Part shown: in pieces, positions 52,773-63,657 of the stretch
Position numbering within the stretch: position 1 is the stretch's first letter
How the letters are laid out: each line of letters opens with the position of its first letter
Source: Pseudomonadota bacterium
GTDB taxonomy: Bacteria; Pseudomonadota; Gammaproteobacteria; Thiohalomonadales; Thiohalomonadaceae
DNA length: 64,000 bases
Assembly: GCA_040755915.1 (NCBI GenBank)
Contig: JBFLWM010000035.1
Span: 6,362-70,361 of the forward strand
Direction of reading: 5' to 3'
The notes under the pieces: generated by a model
Database searches by the model: none
Seen by the model: only the letters and a program-made list of their open reading frames with translations
Told to the model about the DNA's origin: nothing
Translations under genes and position numbers: made by a program

Positions 52773-53933
52773 TTACTGTTCGGTGTTCTGCACCGGACGT
52801 TCCGCCACCTCGGCGTCCAGTTCGAAGGCCTTGCGGTTGCGCAGCCCCTTGACGCGGATGCGCTGGCCCGGCTTGGTCTGGGTGATGACGTTGAGGGCGG
52901 TGCGCACATCGCGCATGGGGCTGCCGTTGATTTCCAGGATGACATCACCCGGCTGCAGGCCGGCACGATCGGCCGGGCCGCGCTTGAGCACGCCGGCGAT
53001 GATGATGCCGCGCTGTTCGCTGAGGCCGAAGGACTCGGCCAGGGCCGCGGTCATTTCCTGAATTTCCACGCCGAGCCAGCCACGGCTGACGCGGCCCTGT
53101 TCGATGATCTGCTGCATCACGCCGCGCGCCAGGCTCACCGGGATGGCGAAGCCGATGCCCTGGGAGCCGCCGGTACGGGAGAAGATGGCGGTATTGATGC
53201 CGACCAGTTCGCCGCCGGCGTTGATCAGTGCGCCGCCGGAATTACCCGGGTTGATGGCGGCATCGGTCTGGATGAAGTTCTCGAAGGTGCTGATGCCAAG
53301 CTGGCTGCGGCCGGTGGCGCTGACGATGCCCAGGGTGACGGTCTGGCCGACACCGAAGGGATTGCCGATGGCCAGCACCACGTCGCCGACACGCAGCTGC
53401 TCGGAGTCGCCCAGGGTGATGGCGGGCAGGTCGCCCAGCTCCACCTTGACCACGGCGAGATCGGTTTCCGGATCGGTGCCCACCACCTTGCCACGGGCCG
53501 TGCGCCCGTCACGCAGGGCGACTTCGATTTCTTCCGCTTCGGCCACCACATGGTTGTTGGTAAGAATGTACCCCTGGTCGCTGACGATGACGCCGGAGCC
53601 GAGGCTGGTTTCCTGGCGGCTGCGCGGCACGGCACCGAAACGGTCGCCGAAGAAGTGGCGGAACAGCGGGTCGTCGAACAGCGGGCTGCGCGTGGTGACG
53701 GTCTTGCTGGTATAGATGTTCACCACCGCCGGGGCTGCAAACTCCACGGCGTCTGCGTAGGATACGGGGCCGGAGGCCGGTGTCGGGCGTGCGCCCGGCG
53801 TGCTTTCGATGAAGGCCACCACCTTCTTGCCGTTGTCGAGCAGGTCCGGCTTCCACACCAGGACCAGAAAGGCGATGGCCAGGCCGATGGTGACGGACTG
53901 GACCAGAAAGACGATGGGCCGGTAGAGCTTCAT
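52773..53933 (-). CDS. degS: DegS/AlgW-family periplasmic serine endoprotease (trypsin-like domain plus one PDZ)
   Basis: N-terminal TM anchor. Catalytic contexts TNNHVV, DLAVVK and GNSGGALI, then a single PDZ. I chose ATG 53933. Confidence 0.88.
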   Translation of the reverse strand: MKLYRPIVFLVQSVTIGLAIAFLVLVWKPDLLDNGKKVVAFIESTPGARPTPASGPVSYADAVEFAAPAVVNIYTSKTVTTRSPLFDDPLFRHFFGDRFGAVPRSRQETSLGSGVIVSDQGYILTNNHVVAEAEEIEVALRDGRTARGKVVGTDPETDLAVVKVELGDLPAITLGDSEQLRVGDVVLAIGNPFGVGQTVTLGIVSATGRSQLGISTFENFIQTDAAINPGNSGGALINAGGELVGINTAIFSRTGGSQGIGFAIPVSLARGVMQQIIEQGRVSRGWLGVEIQEMTAALAESFGLSEQRGIIIAGVLKRGPADRAGLQPGDVILEINGSPMRDVRTALNVITQTKPGQRIRVKGLRNRKAFELDAEVAERPVQNTEQ

Positions 53934-54000
53934 GCAGGGAGTCCCGCGCCAGGGGTTGGAATGGAAGGCGCTGATTTTAACGTAATTACGGGTACACGGC

Positions 54001-54759
54001 ATGGTGCGACTGAACGAGCTTGTGACCTGGAGCAACAATCTGCTGCAGGTGGACGATTACCAGGACTACTGTCCCAACGGTCTGCAGGTGGAGGGGCGGG
54101 GTGAGGTGCGGCGGCTGGTCAGCGGTGTCACCGCCAGCCAGGCGCTGATCGAGGCGGCCATCGTCCGCGGGGCCGACGCCCTGCTGGTGCATCACGGCTG
54201 GTTCTGGAGTGGGGAGGACCCCCGCGTGGTAGGCATGAAGCAGCGCCGGCTGAAGTCCTTGCTGGCCAACGACATCAGCCTGCTGGCCTATCATCTGCCG
54301 CTGGACGGCCATGCTGAACTGGGCAACAACGCCCGTCTTGGCCAGGTGCTGGGCCTGTCCGTCGAGGGGCGCTTCGGCAAGGGACCGGGCGGCGGCATCG
54401 CGTTCCACGGTTCCCTGCCGCAGGTTCTGTCCGGGGCCGAACTGGCCGCCCACATCGGCCGTTGCCTGGGGCGGGCACCGCTGCATGTCAGCGGTGGCGA
54501 CCGTCCTCTGCGGCGCGTCGGCTGGTGCAGCGGGGCGGCCCAGGGCTGGATCGAGCAGGCCGCGGCCCTGGGGCTGGACGGCTTCATCAGCGGCGAGGTG
54601 TCGGAGCAGACGGTGCACGCGGCACGCGAGCTGGGCATCGACTACTTCGGTGCCGGCCATCACGCCACCGAGCGTTATGGCGTGCAGGCATTAGGTGAGC
54701 ATTTGGCTCGGAAATTTGCGATCAATCATGAATTTATCGACATCGATAACCCGGTATGA
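54001..54759 (+). CDS. ybgI: Nif3-family dinuclear metal-centre protein (YbgI)
   Basis: 252 aa with conserved LLVHHG, YHLPLD and GAGHHATE motifs. Confidence 0.9.
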   Translation: MVRLNELVTWSNNLLQVDDYQDYCPNGLQVEGRGEVRRLVSGVTASQALIEAAIVRGADALLVHHGWFWSGEDPRVVGMKQRRLKSLLANDISLLAYHLPLDGHAELGNNARLGQVLGLSVEGRFGKGPGGGIAFHGSLPQVLSGAELAAHIGRCLGRAPLHVSGGDRPLRRVGWCSGAAQGWIEQAAALGLDGFISGEVSEQTVHAARELGIDYFGAGHHATERYGVQALGEHLARKFAINHEFIDIDNPV

Positions 54760-54996
54760 ATGCGCCGCACTGGGGGGCGTTCTTTCCTTGACCCGGCGCA
54801 GGTCTTTGTATGAAACTACGCGGCTAATTCTCTATAGGTATCTTCTGGCTTGCTGAAAGTGGTAGGGCCGGAAGCGACTTCGAACTGCATCAAGACGGTT
54901 TTTTTAGCGTTTGCCCGGTACGGTCACGGCCGCAGCAGTACCAAGGCCAGGGCCCGGGTTTTTGTTTTTTTTGCCTGACTTCGGGAGAGAGTATTG

Positions 54997-55596
54997 ATGA
55001 GCACTGAAGGCGTTGATAAGGGTCGGCGCCGGTTCCTGACGGCGGCCACCTCGGTGGTCGGCGGCGTGGGAGCCGTGTATGCCCTGACCCCCTTCGTCCT
55101 GTCCATGCAGCCCAGCGAAAAGGCCAAGGCTGCTGGCGCGCCGGTTGAGGCGGACGTAAGCAAACTGGAACCCGGCCAGAAGTTGACCGTGGAATGGCGC
55201 GGCAAGCCGGTGTGGATCGTGCGTCGCACCGAGGAGAACCTGAACGACCTGCCGAGCCTCGACGGCAAGCTGCTCGATCCGGCCTCCGAGAACACGGCTC
55301 AGCAGCCGGAGTATGCCAAGAACGCGCACCGTTCCATCAAGCCGGAATACTCCGTGCTGGTCGGCATCTGCACCCACCTGGGCTGCTCCCCCACCTACCG
55401 TCCCGACATCGGCGCCGCCGACCTGGGCGGCCCGGACTGGAAGGGCGGCTTCTTCTGCCCCTGCCACGGTTCGCGCTTCGACCTCGCCGGCCGTGTCTTC
55501 TCCGGCGTGCCGGCTCCGTCGAATCTGGTGGTGCCGCCGCACAAGTACCTGAGCGACACCCGTATCCTGATCGGTGAAGATGGAGGCGCTGCGTAA
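54997..55596 (+). CDS. petA: Ubiquinol-cytochrome c reductase iron-sulfur (Rieske) subunit
   Basis: Tat-type RRRFL signal/anchor and Rieske boxes CTHLGC and CPCHGS. I chose ATG 54997; the track start is TTG 54994. Confidence 0.95.
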   Translation: MSTEGVDKGRRRFLTAATSVVGGVGAVYALTPFVLSMQPSEKAKAAGAPVEADVSKLEPGQKLTVEWRGKPVWIVRRTEENLNDLPSLDGKLLDPASENTAQQPEYAKNAHRSIKPEYSVLVGICTHLGCSPTYRPDIGAADLGGPDWKGGFFCPCHGSRFDLAGRVFSGVPAPSNLVVPPHKYLSDTRILIGEDGGAA

Positions 55597-55598
55597 CC

Positions 55599-56828
55599 AT
55601 GAGCACGATGAAAAAAATCATGGCGTGGGTGGATGAGCGCTTCCCCGCGACCGAAACCTGGGAAGCCCACCTTTCCAAGTACTACGCGCCGAAAAACTTC
55701 AACTTCTGGTACTTCTTCGGTTCCCTGGCCCTGCTGGTGCTGGTCAACCAGATCCTCACCGGCGTCTGGCTGGCGATGAGCTACAAGCCCGATGCCGGTC
55801 TGGCCTTCGCCTCCGTCGAATACATCATGCGCGACGTGGACTGGGGCTGGCTGATCCGCTACATGCACTCCACCGGTGCGTCGGCGTTCTTCATCGTCAT
55901 CTATCTGCACATGTTCCGCGGCCTGATCTACGGTTCCTACCGCAAGCCGCGCGAGCTGCTGTGGATCATCGGCGTGATCATCTACCTGGTGATGATGGCC
56001 ACCGCCTTCTTCGGCTACCTGCTGCCGTGGGGCCAGATGTCGTTCTGGGGTGCCCAGGTTATCGTCAACCTGTTCGCCGCCGTGCCCTTCGTCGGCGAGG
56101 AACTGTCGGTCTGGGTACGTGGTGACTACGTCATCTCCGACGCCACCCTGAACCGTTTCTTTGCCTTCCACTTCCTGCTGCCGTTCATCCTGGCCGCCCT
56201 GGTGTTCCTGCACATCGTGGCCCTGCACGCGGTGGGCTCCAACAACCCGGATGGCATCGAGATCAAGAAGAACAAGGACGAAAACGGCATTCCGCGTGAC
56301 GGTATTCCGTTCCATCCCTACTACACCGTGAAGGACATCGTCGGCGTGGTCGGCTTCCTGTTCCTGTTCTCGGCGGTGCTGTTCTTCGCGCCGGAGATGG
56401 GCGGCTTCTTCATTGAGCATCCCAACTTCGAGCCGGCCAATCCGCTGAAGACCCCTGAGCACATCGCTCCGGTGTGGTACTTCACCCCGTTCTACGCCAT
56501 GCTGCGCGCCATTCCGCCCATCGCCGGTTCGCAGTTCCCCGGCGTGGTGGTGATGTTCGGTGCCATTGCCGTGCTGTTCGTGCTGCCCTGGCTGGATCGC
56601 AGCCCGGTGAAGTCCATCCGCTACAAGGGGCCGATCTTCAAGATCGCCATCGCCATCTTCGTGGTGTCCTTTGTGGTGCTGGGCTGGCTGGGTGTGCAGG
56701 CCTCGACGCCGACCAAGACTCTGCTGGCGCAGATCTTCACCGCCCTGTACTTCGCGTTCTTCTTCCTGATGCCGTGGTACAGCAAGATCGACAAGACCAA
56801 GCCGGTTCCGGAGAGGGTGACAGAATGA
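55599..56828 (+). CDS. petB: Cytochrome b
   Basis: 409 aa of characteristic cytochrome b helices with paired His ligands and the PEWY-like region (PEHIAPVWYF). Confidence 0.97.
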   Translation: MSTMKKIMAWVDERFPATETWEAHLSKYYAPKNFNFWYFFGSLALLVLVNQILTGVWLAMSYKPDAGLAFASVEYIMRDVDWGWLIRYMHSTGASAFFIVIYLHMFRGLIYGSYRKPRELLWIIGVIIYLVMMATAFFGYLLPWGQMSFWGAQVIVNLFAAVPFVGEELSVWVRGDYVISDATLNRFFAFHFLLPFILAALVFLHIVALHAVGSNNPDGIEIKKNKDENGIPRDGIPFHPYYTVKDIVGVVGFLFLFSAVLFFAPEMGGFFIEHPNFEPANPLKTPEHIAPVWYFTPFYAMLRAIPPIAGSQFPGVVVMFGAIAVLFVLPWLDRSPVKSIRYKGPIFKIAIAIFVVSFVVLGWLGVQASTPTKTLLAQIFTALYFAFFFLMPWYSKIDKTKPVPERVTE

Positions 56829-57553
56829 AAAAGTTGGTAATTGCTTTCGTAATGGCAGCCCTGCCGGCCTTTGCCCTGGCTGCCGGTGCCGGCGTGCACC
56901 TGGACAAGGCCCCGGTCAATCTGCGTGACCAGGCCTCCCTGCAGCGTGGTGCCCAGATGTTCGTCAACTACTGTCTGAGCTGTCACTCGGCCCAGTTCAT
57001 GCGCTTCAACCGCATGGGCGCGGACCTGGGCATCAGCGATGAGCAGCTGAAGGCCAACATGATGTTCGGCACCGACAAGGTGGGCGACACCATGACCATC
57101 GCCATGGCAGCGGCGGACTCCAAGGGCTGGTTCGGCAATCCGCCGCCTGACCTGTCGGTCATCGCCCGTGCCCGTGGTGCCGACTGGCTGTACACCTACA
57201 TGCGCACCTTCTACATCGACGAGAAGAAGCCCATGGGCGTGAACAACCTGGTGTTCCCGGACGTCGGCATGCCGCACGTGCTGTGGGAGCTGCAGGGCAT
57301 GCAGAAGCCGGTGTACCACACGGGTGAGGACGGTCATGCCACCATCAGCGGCTTCGAGATGGTCAAGCCCGGCACCATGACCCCGGCCGAGTACGACGCG
57401 GCCGTGGGTGACCTGGTCAACTTCCTGGTCTACATGGGCGAGCCGGTGCAGCTGAAGCGTCAGGAGCTGGGTGTGAAGGTACTGATCTTCCTGGCCTTCT
57501 TCTTCGTGCTGGCCTATCTGCTGAAGAAGGAATACTGGAAGGACGTGCATTAA
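56825..57553 (+). CDS. petC: Cytochrome c1
   Basis: 242 aa from ATG 56825, which overlaps the petB stop. Signal peptide, heme motif CLSCHS and a C-terminal TM anchor. Confidence 0.93.
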   Translation: MKKLVIAFVMAALPAFALAAGAGVHLDKAPVNLRDQASLQRGAQMFVNYCLSCHSAQFMRFNRMGADLGISDEQLKANMMFGTDKVGDTMTIAMAAADSKGWFGNPPPDLSVIARARGADWLYTYMRTFYIDEKKPMGVNNLVFPDVGMPHVLWELQGMQKPVYHTGEDGHATISGFEMVKPGTMTPAEYDAAVGDLVNFLVYMGEPVQLKRQELGVKVLIFLAFFFVLAYLLKKEYWKDVH

Positions 57554-57584
57554 TCCCGCGGCCGCCAGGCCGGGCGGGGGGCTG

Positions 57585-57593
57585 TGCTAGAAT
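57585..57593 (+). promoter_or_regulatory. Candidate extended -10 promoter element (TGcTAGAAT) upstream of sspA
   Basis: TG-C-TAGAAT at 57585-57593 in the petC-sspA spacer. There is no convincing -35. This is pattern match only. Confidence 0.25.
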
Positions 57594-57624
57594 AGCCAGG
57601 CCTCCGCTGGGACCAGCAACACCG

Positions 57625-57653
57625 ACAGGGGGGCATTGCCCCCCTGTTTTTTT
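57625..57653 (+). terminator. Strong intrinsic terminator after petABC
   Basis: Perfect 9-bp G/C-rich stem ACAGGGGGG/CCCCCCTGT with loop CATTG, followed by T7. It lies 72 nt after the petC stop and 20 nt before the sspA ATG. Confidence 0.85.
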
Positions 57654-57673
57654 GCGCGAAGGGAGAGACGGAC

Positions 57674-58297
57674 ATGGCGGTAATTGCCAACAGACGTGCA
57701 GCCATGGTGCTGTTCTCCGGCGCCAGCGACATGTACAGCCACCGTGTGCGTATCGTGCTGGCCGAGAAGGGGATCGAGTTCGAACGGGTGGATGTGCGGC
57801 CGGGCGACCGCCTGGAAGACCTCATCGAGCTGAATCCCTACAACGAGGTTCCCACCCTGGTGGACCGGGAGCTTGCCCTGTACGACTCCGTCATCATCAT
57901 GGAGTATCTCGATGAGCGCTTCCCCCATCCGCCGCTGATGCCGGTGGACCCGGTAAACCGCGCCACCCACCGTCTGATGCTGCACCGCATCCAGCGGGAT
58001 CTCTATGCCCACGCCGATGTCGTGCTGCACGGCACCGAGAAGCAGGCTACCAAGGCGCGCAAGGACCTGCGCGATAATCTGATCGCGTCGCTGCCGGCGT
58101 TTGCCGCCAGGCCTTTCTTCCTCAGTGACGAATTTTCCCTGGTCGACTGCGCCCTGTTACCGCTGCTGTGGCGCCTGCCGCTGCTGGGCATTGAACTGCC
58201 GCGCCAGGCCACAGCCCTCAATGCCTACACGGAGCGCCTGTTCCGTCGCGGCGCATTCAAGGCCAGCCTGAGTGAAGCAGAGAAAGAGATGAGATAG
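57674..58297 (+). CDS. sspA: Stringent starvation protein A
   Basis: 207 aa GST-fold protein. The N-terminus MVLFSGASDMYSHRVRIVLAEKGI is typical of SspA, and sspB follows it. Confidence 0.95.
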   Translation: MAVIANRRAAMVLFSGASDMYSHRVRIVLAEKGIEFERVDVRPGDRLEDLIELNPYNEVPTLVDRELALYDSVIIMEYLDERFPHPPLMPVDPVNRATHRLMLHRIQRDLYAHADVVLHGTEKQATKARKDLRDNLIASLPAFAARPFFLSDEFSLVDCALLPLLWRLPLLGIELPRQATALNAYTERLFRRGAFKASLSEAEKEMR

Positions 58298-58365
58298 CGG
58301 GCAGAGCCCGGCCTGCCGGGCGATATCTCCCGTTCATGCCGTCGCCCGATGAATCGGGCTCCTAC
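58297..58365. repeat. Degenerate REP-like element (family D, partial copy) in the sspA-sspB spacer
   Basis: GAATCGGGCTCCTAC (58351-58365) matches the GAATCGCGG...GCTCCTAC end of the hisG-hisD element. CCGTCGC and a GGGCAGAGCC segment are also shared. A local hairpin GCCCGG-CCTG-CCGGGC is present. Confidence 0.35.
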
Positions 58366-58379
58366 AACCTGTTAGAGCA

Positions 58380-58751
58380 ATGACTTCCAGCCGCCCCTAT
58401 TTGATTCGTGCCCTGTACGAGTGGATCGTCGACAATGAAATGACGCCGCACGTGCTGGTGGATGCCAATCATCCCGGCACCAGCGTGCCGCAACAGTTTG
58501 TCGAGAACGGCAAGATCGTCCTCAATATCGGCCCCTTTGCCGTGCAGGGGTTGGCCATCGAGAACGAAAGCATCGGTTTCAGTGCCCGCTTTGGCGGCGT
58601 AGCCAATCACATCGTGGTGCCGATCGGCGCGGTACAGGCGATCTATGCGCGGGAAAACGGCCGCGGCATGGTGTTTGCCGACGAAGAGGAGACCCCTCCG
58701 CCGACCGAGCCGGAAGGAAGCAAGAAGCCGGCCTTGCGGGTGGTGAAGTAA
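58380..58751 (+). CDS. sspB: ClpXP adaptor SspB
   Basis: 123 aa. The N-terminus SSRPYLIRALYEWIVDNEMTPHVLV is typical of SspB. The tail is short. Confidence 0.9.
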   Translation: MTSSRPYLIRALYEWIVDNEMTPHVLVDANHPGTSVPQQFVENGKIVLNIGPFAVQGLAIENESIGFSARFGGVANHIVVPIGAVQAIYARENGRGMVFADEEETPPPTEPEGSKKPALRVVK

Positions 58752-58766
58752 ATAATAATGGTGTGA

Positions 58767-60164
58767 TTAAGCCGGCGGCAGTTTCTTGCCGGGATTGAGA
58801 ATCCCCTGGGGGTCGAATTGCCCCTTGATGGCGTGCATCAGGGCCAGTGTGGCCGGATCGATCTCGCGACTGACGAACTCCCGTTTCTCGACCCCGATAC
58901 CGTGCTCGCCGGACAGCGTGCCGTCGAGGCGCAGCACCAGGTCGAATACCTCCGACAGGCACAGCCGCGCGCGCTCCATTTCTTCCGGGTCGTCGGGATT
59001 GGCCAGCAGATTGACATGGATGTTGCCGTTGCCGGCATGGCCGAAATTGACGATGGTGATGCGGTAGCGCTCGGCCAGTCCGCCGAGTCCCTCGATCAGT
59101 TCCGGCATGTGCGATACCGGCACTACCACGTCTTCGTTGATCTTCTTCGGTGCCACCCTGCGCAGGGCCGGTGACAGTGCCTTGCGTGTCTTCCACAGGG
59201 CCGCCACTTCCTCCGCCGTGCGTGCCTCGATGACTTCGATGCAGCCATCGCCGCGTGCGGCATCGATCAGCGCCTGGGCCGCGTCGTTGAGGCAGGCCGC
59301 GGGTCCGTCCACCTCGATCATCAGCAGCGAGCCGGCATGGGCCGGCAATACGTCGCCGGCGTAGCCGCGGATCATTTCGATCGCCTTGGCGTCGAGAAAC
59401 TCCAGCGCACAGGGCACCACCGGCTGGGCCATGATGCGCGAGATCGCCTCGGCGGCGCTGCGCATGTCGCGATAGCTGGCCTGCAGGGTACGCCGTGCCT
59501 GTGGTAGCGGTGTCAGCTTGAGGGTGGCCTCGGTAATCACCGCCAGGGTGCCTTCCGAGCCGATGAGCAGGCGGGTGAGGTCGTAGCCGACCACGCCCTT
59601 GGTGGTGAATACGCCGGCGCGCAGCTCGACACCGCCACCGGTCACGGCACGCAGGCCAAGCACGTTCTCGCGCGGCGTGCCGTACTTCACCGCACGTGGT
59701 CCGGCGGCGTTGCAGGCCAGGTTGCCGCCCACGCTGCACACCGCGGCGCTGGTGGGATCGGGCGGCCAGAAGAAACCGTGGGCCGCTGCCGCTTCCTGCA
59801 CGGCCTGATTGGTCACGCCGGGCTCCACCACCATCAACCGGTTCGCCGGATCGATGCGCAGGATGCGGTTCATGCGTTCCAGCGACAGCACCACGCCAGC
59901 GCTGAGCGGTACTGCCGCACCGGTGGTGGCGGTGCCGTAACCACGCGCCACCAGGGGCACGCGGTAGTCGTTGCACAGGCGCATGACCGCCACGACCTGA
60001 GCGTGATCGGCAGGGCGTACCACCACATCGGGCAGGGCATGGCGCCGGCTGTTGTCATAACCGTAGGTCCAGCGTTCGTCCGCGGCGGTGATGCAGCCGT
60101 CGTTACCGAGCAAGGTGCGCAGGGCGTCAAGGAACGCCGCCGGCAGAGAGGCGGTCATCGTCAC
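58767..60164 (-). CDS. FAD-linked oxidase (GlcD/D-lactate dehydrogenase-like)
   Basis: 465 aa. PCMH-type FAD-binding domain (VVRPADHAQVVAVMRLCN...RGYGTATTGAAVP) and a C-terminal FAD-oxidase domain (HAGNGNIHVN). Confidence 0.85.
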   Translation of the reverse strand: MTMTASLPAAFLDALRTLLGNDGCITAADERWTYGYDNSRRHALPDVVVRPADHAQVVAVMRLCNDYRVPLVARGYGTATTGAAVPLSAGVVLSLERMNRILRIDPANRLMVVEPGVTNQAVQEAAAAHGFFWPPDPTSAAVCSVGGNLACNAAGPRAVKYGTPRENVLGLRAVTGGGVELRAGVFTTKGVVGYDLTRLLIGSEGTLAVITEATLKLTPLPQARRTLQASYRDMRSAAEAISRIMAQPVVPCALEFLDAKAIEMIRGYAGDVLPAHAGSLLMIEVDGPAACLNDAAQALIDAARGDGCIEVIEARTAEEVAALWKTRKALSPALRRVAPKKINEDVVVPVSHMPELIEGLGGLAERYRITIVNFGHAGNGNIHVNLLANPDDPEEMERARLCLSEVFDLVLRLDGTLSGEHGIGVEKREFVSREIDPATLALMHAIKGQFDPQGILNPGKKLPPA

Positions 60165-60742
60165 GGTGTCGGTTGTTCGACGTACTCGAAAAGCTTCACC
60201 ACGCGTTTGACACCGCTGGTGTGGCGGGTGATTTCGCCGGCCCGGTCGCCCTGGCTGCGTGTCACCATGCCCATCAGATAGACGGTCTGTGCCTCGGTGA
60301 GCACCTTGATCTGGTTGCCGGGTACGTCCTTGTCGCCAAGCAGCTGCGACTTCACCTTGGTGGTGAGCCAGCTGTCGCGCGAGCGACTGGCCAGCGAGCT
60401 GATGGGACCGATGATGATGTCGTTGACGACGCGGCGTACCTTGGCGACGGTGCCGGCGAGTTTTTCCGCCTGGTCCCGTTGTGCCGCCGTGGCCGCTTCG
60501 CCGGACAGCAGCACCACGCCGTTGAAGCTGGTGATGTTGATGTGGGTCTGCTCACGCAATTCGGCATTGTCGTTGATGGCCTTGCCGATCTTCAGCTCGA
60601 TTCCCTGATCATCGATGATGGTGCCCGTGGTACGTTGATCATCGGCCACGGCCACAGCGCCGGCCGCGGCGCCACCGACGATGACCGGGGCACAGCCCTG
60701 CAACAGGGTGAGTACCGCTGCGATGGTCAATAACAGCTTCAT
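60161..60742 (-). CDS. dolP: BON-domain lipoprotein DolP (YraP)
   Basis: Lipobox LLQGC and two BON-like repeats. Synteny lpoA-yraN-diaA-dolP supports the call. I chose ATG 60742. Confidence 0.85.
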   Translation of the reverse strand: MKLLLTIAAVLTLLQGCAPVIVGGAAAGAVAVADDQRTTGTIIDDQGIELKIGKAINDNAELREQTHINITSFNGVVLLSGEAATAAQRDQAEKLAGTVAKVRRVVNDIIIGPISSLASRSRDSWLTTKVKSQLLGDKDVPGNQIKVLTEAQTVYLMGMVTRSQGDRAGEITRHTSGVKRVVKLFEYVEQPTP

Positions 60743-60744
60743 GT

Positions 60745-61704
<960 letters not shown>

Positions 61705-61708
<4 letters not shown>

Positions 61709-63573
61709 GGTTGGCCGGCGCCACTCTCCGTGAGAAGGCGTGGTACGCCGCCGCTGAAGTGCGCCCAGGTCAGTTGGCGGTTCAGGCGCCGTTGCGCATC
61801 GAGACGCAGGGAACCGGTTTCACCGTGGAAGCGCTCGAAGGGATAGCTTTCCAGTACCTTGAGGACCGGGATCAGGTTGTAGGTATCCGAGCCGAGGGCG
61901 AGCAGCCGCTGCAGGCCGTTGTCGCTGACGCGCAGGGCGCCGCTGTCCTTGCGCAGGGCCTGGTTGGGCGTCGCAGCCTTCAGTGTCCACGGCATGTCAC
62001 CGAAGATGACGCCGTCCATGTCGCGATCCAGCTCGCGGGCGAAGGCGCCGGAATAGATGTGCGAGGTGGCCAGCACCGGCAGGTCGGCGGCATGATGGAA
62101 TTTGAGCTGTGGCCGGATCAGGCGCGCCTGGCGCGGGAAGGCGGCGAGGAACACAAAATCGATGTCCTCGCGCCGGCGCGGCTCGAAGTGCAGCTTCTGG
62201 CCGACCACGGCCTGCAATTGCTGGTGCCGCGCATCACTCAGATCCAGATTGAGCAGGGTGCGCAACGGGCGGGCGAAATCATTCTTGCTGGCGTCATAGC
62301 GCGCCAGGGTGGTGATACTGCCGCCCAGCTCCTGCCAGCGCCGGTCAAAGGCCTGCTCGATGCGCTCGCCCCATTCCCCTTCGGGAACAAAGACTGCCGC
62401 ATGGCTGTAACCCTGCACCCAGGCGCGCTCCGCCACCTGCTGCGCCTCTTCCTCCGGCGAGAGGGAGAGCTGGTACAGGTTGGTGGGCAGGGAGTAACCG
62501 TCGATGCTGTTCAGCACCAGGGTCGGCACCGGGAAATCGCCACGGTCGAGCAGGGCGGTGACGCCTTCCTTGCTCAACGGGCCGATGACGAAGTCGGCGC
62601 CTTCCAGCAGTGCCTGCTCGTAGTTGGGCAGGACCTGCGCCGGATTGGCGGTGTCGTAGATACGGATGTTGATGCGTTGCTCGGCCGGGGAGTGATAGTA
62701 GGCCGCGAGCACGCCATCGCGCACTGCCGCGCCGGCGCTGGCAAAGCGGCCGGACAGGGGCAGCAGCAGGGCGATCTGTTTCGGTTGCAGCACCAGTTCG
62801 GCACTGCGTTGCAGCATGTCGTCGATGAAGCGCTGCGGCGCGGGATGCTGCGGATAGGCCTGATGCCAGCCATCGATCAATTGTTGCAGTTCACGCCGGC
62901 CGAACTGGTATTGCTTGTTGATCTCGGCCAGCGCCATCCAGCCGCTGAATTCGTCGGGCGGCGGTGCGTAGCGCAGGGCGCGCAGGGTCTGGGCGGAGAG
63001 CTGGGTCAGGGCGTTCCACAGCTGCTGCTGGTTGTCATCCAGCGCCGCATCGTCATAGAGGTAGTGACTGCGCAGGCTGTGTTCCCGTGCCGCCTCCAGG
63101 TGGTTGCCCAACTGGGTGTAGGCCAGGGCGCGCAGCCGGTGGTATTCCTCCAGCGCGGCCGTGGCCGCACTGGCCGGCGGCAGCATGGCCAGCACCTCCA
63201 GCACGCGCTCGGCGTTGCGCAGGGCCTGCCAGGCGCGCGCCTGCAGCAGGCGCCATTGCAATTGCTCCGCGACCGTCAGGCTGCGGGGATCGATGAGTTC
63301 CGCCAGTTGCAGGGCCCGGGCCGGCTGCTCGGCGCGGCTCAGGGCATCGGCGGCCTGCAGGCGGAACTGCTGGCGCTGGAGGGCGGAATACTGGGCCGCA
63401 TCGGCCAGGCGCAGGTATTCGCGGGCGGCGGCCTCGTAGTCGGCCTTGCTCAGTGCCGCGGCGGCGGCACTCTCGCTGGGCTCGCCGCGTGGCGCGCTGG
63501 GTTGAACGGCACAGCCGGCAGCGAGCAGGGCCAGGACGAGCAGCAGCAGGGATGTCTTGAATAGTCTGGGCAT
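61705..63573 (-). CDS. lpoA: Penicillin-binding protein activator LpoA
   Basis: Lipobox LLAAGC, an N-terminal TPR-like helical domain and a C-terminal periplasmic-binding-protein-like domain. It is divergent from rsmI, as in E. coli and Pseudomonas. I chose ATG 63573. Confidence 0.85.
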
Positions 63574-63657
63574 GGGAGAAGGGGGATAATAGCAAACGAC
63601 GATAGCGGCATTTTGCCCGAAGGCGCACAGTATCAATAAAGGAATCAGCGAGTGTCA

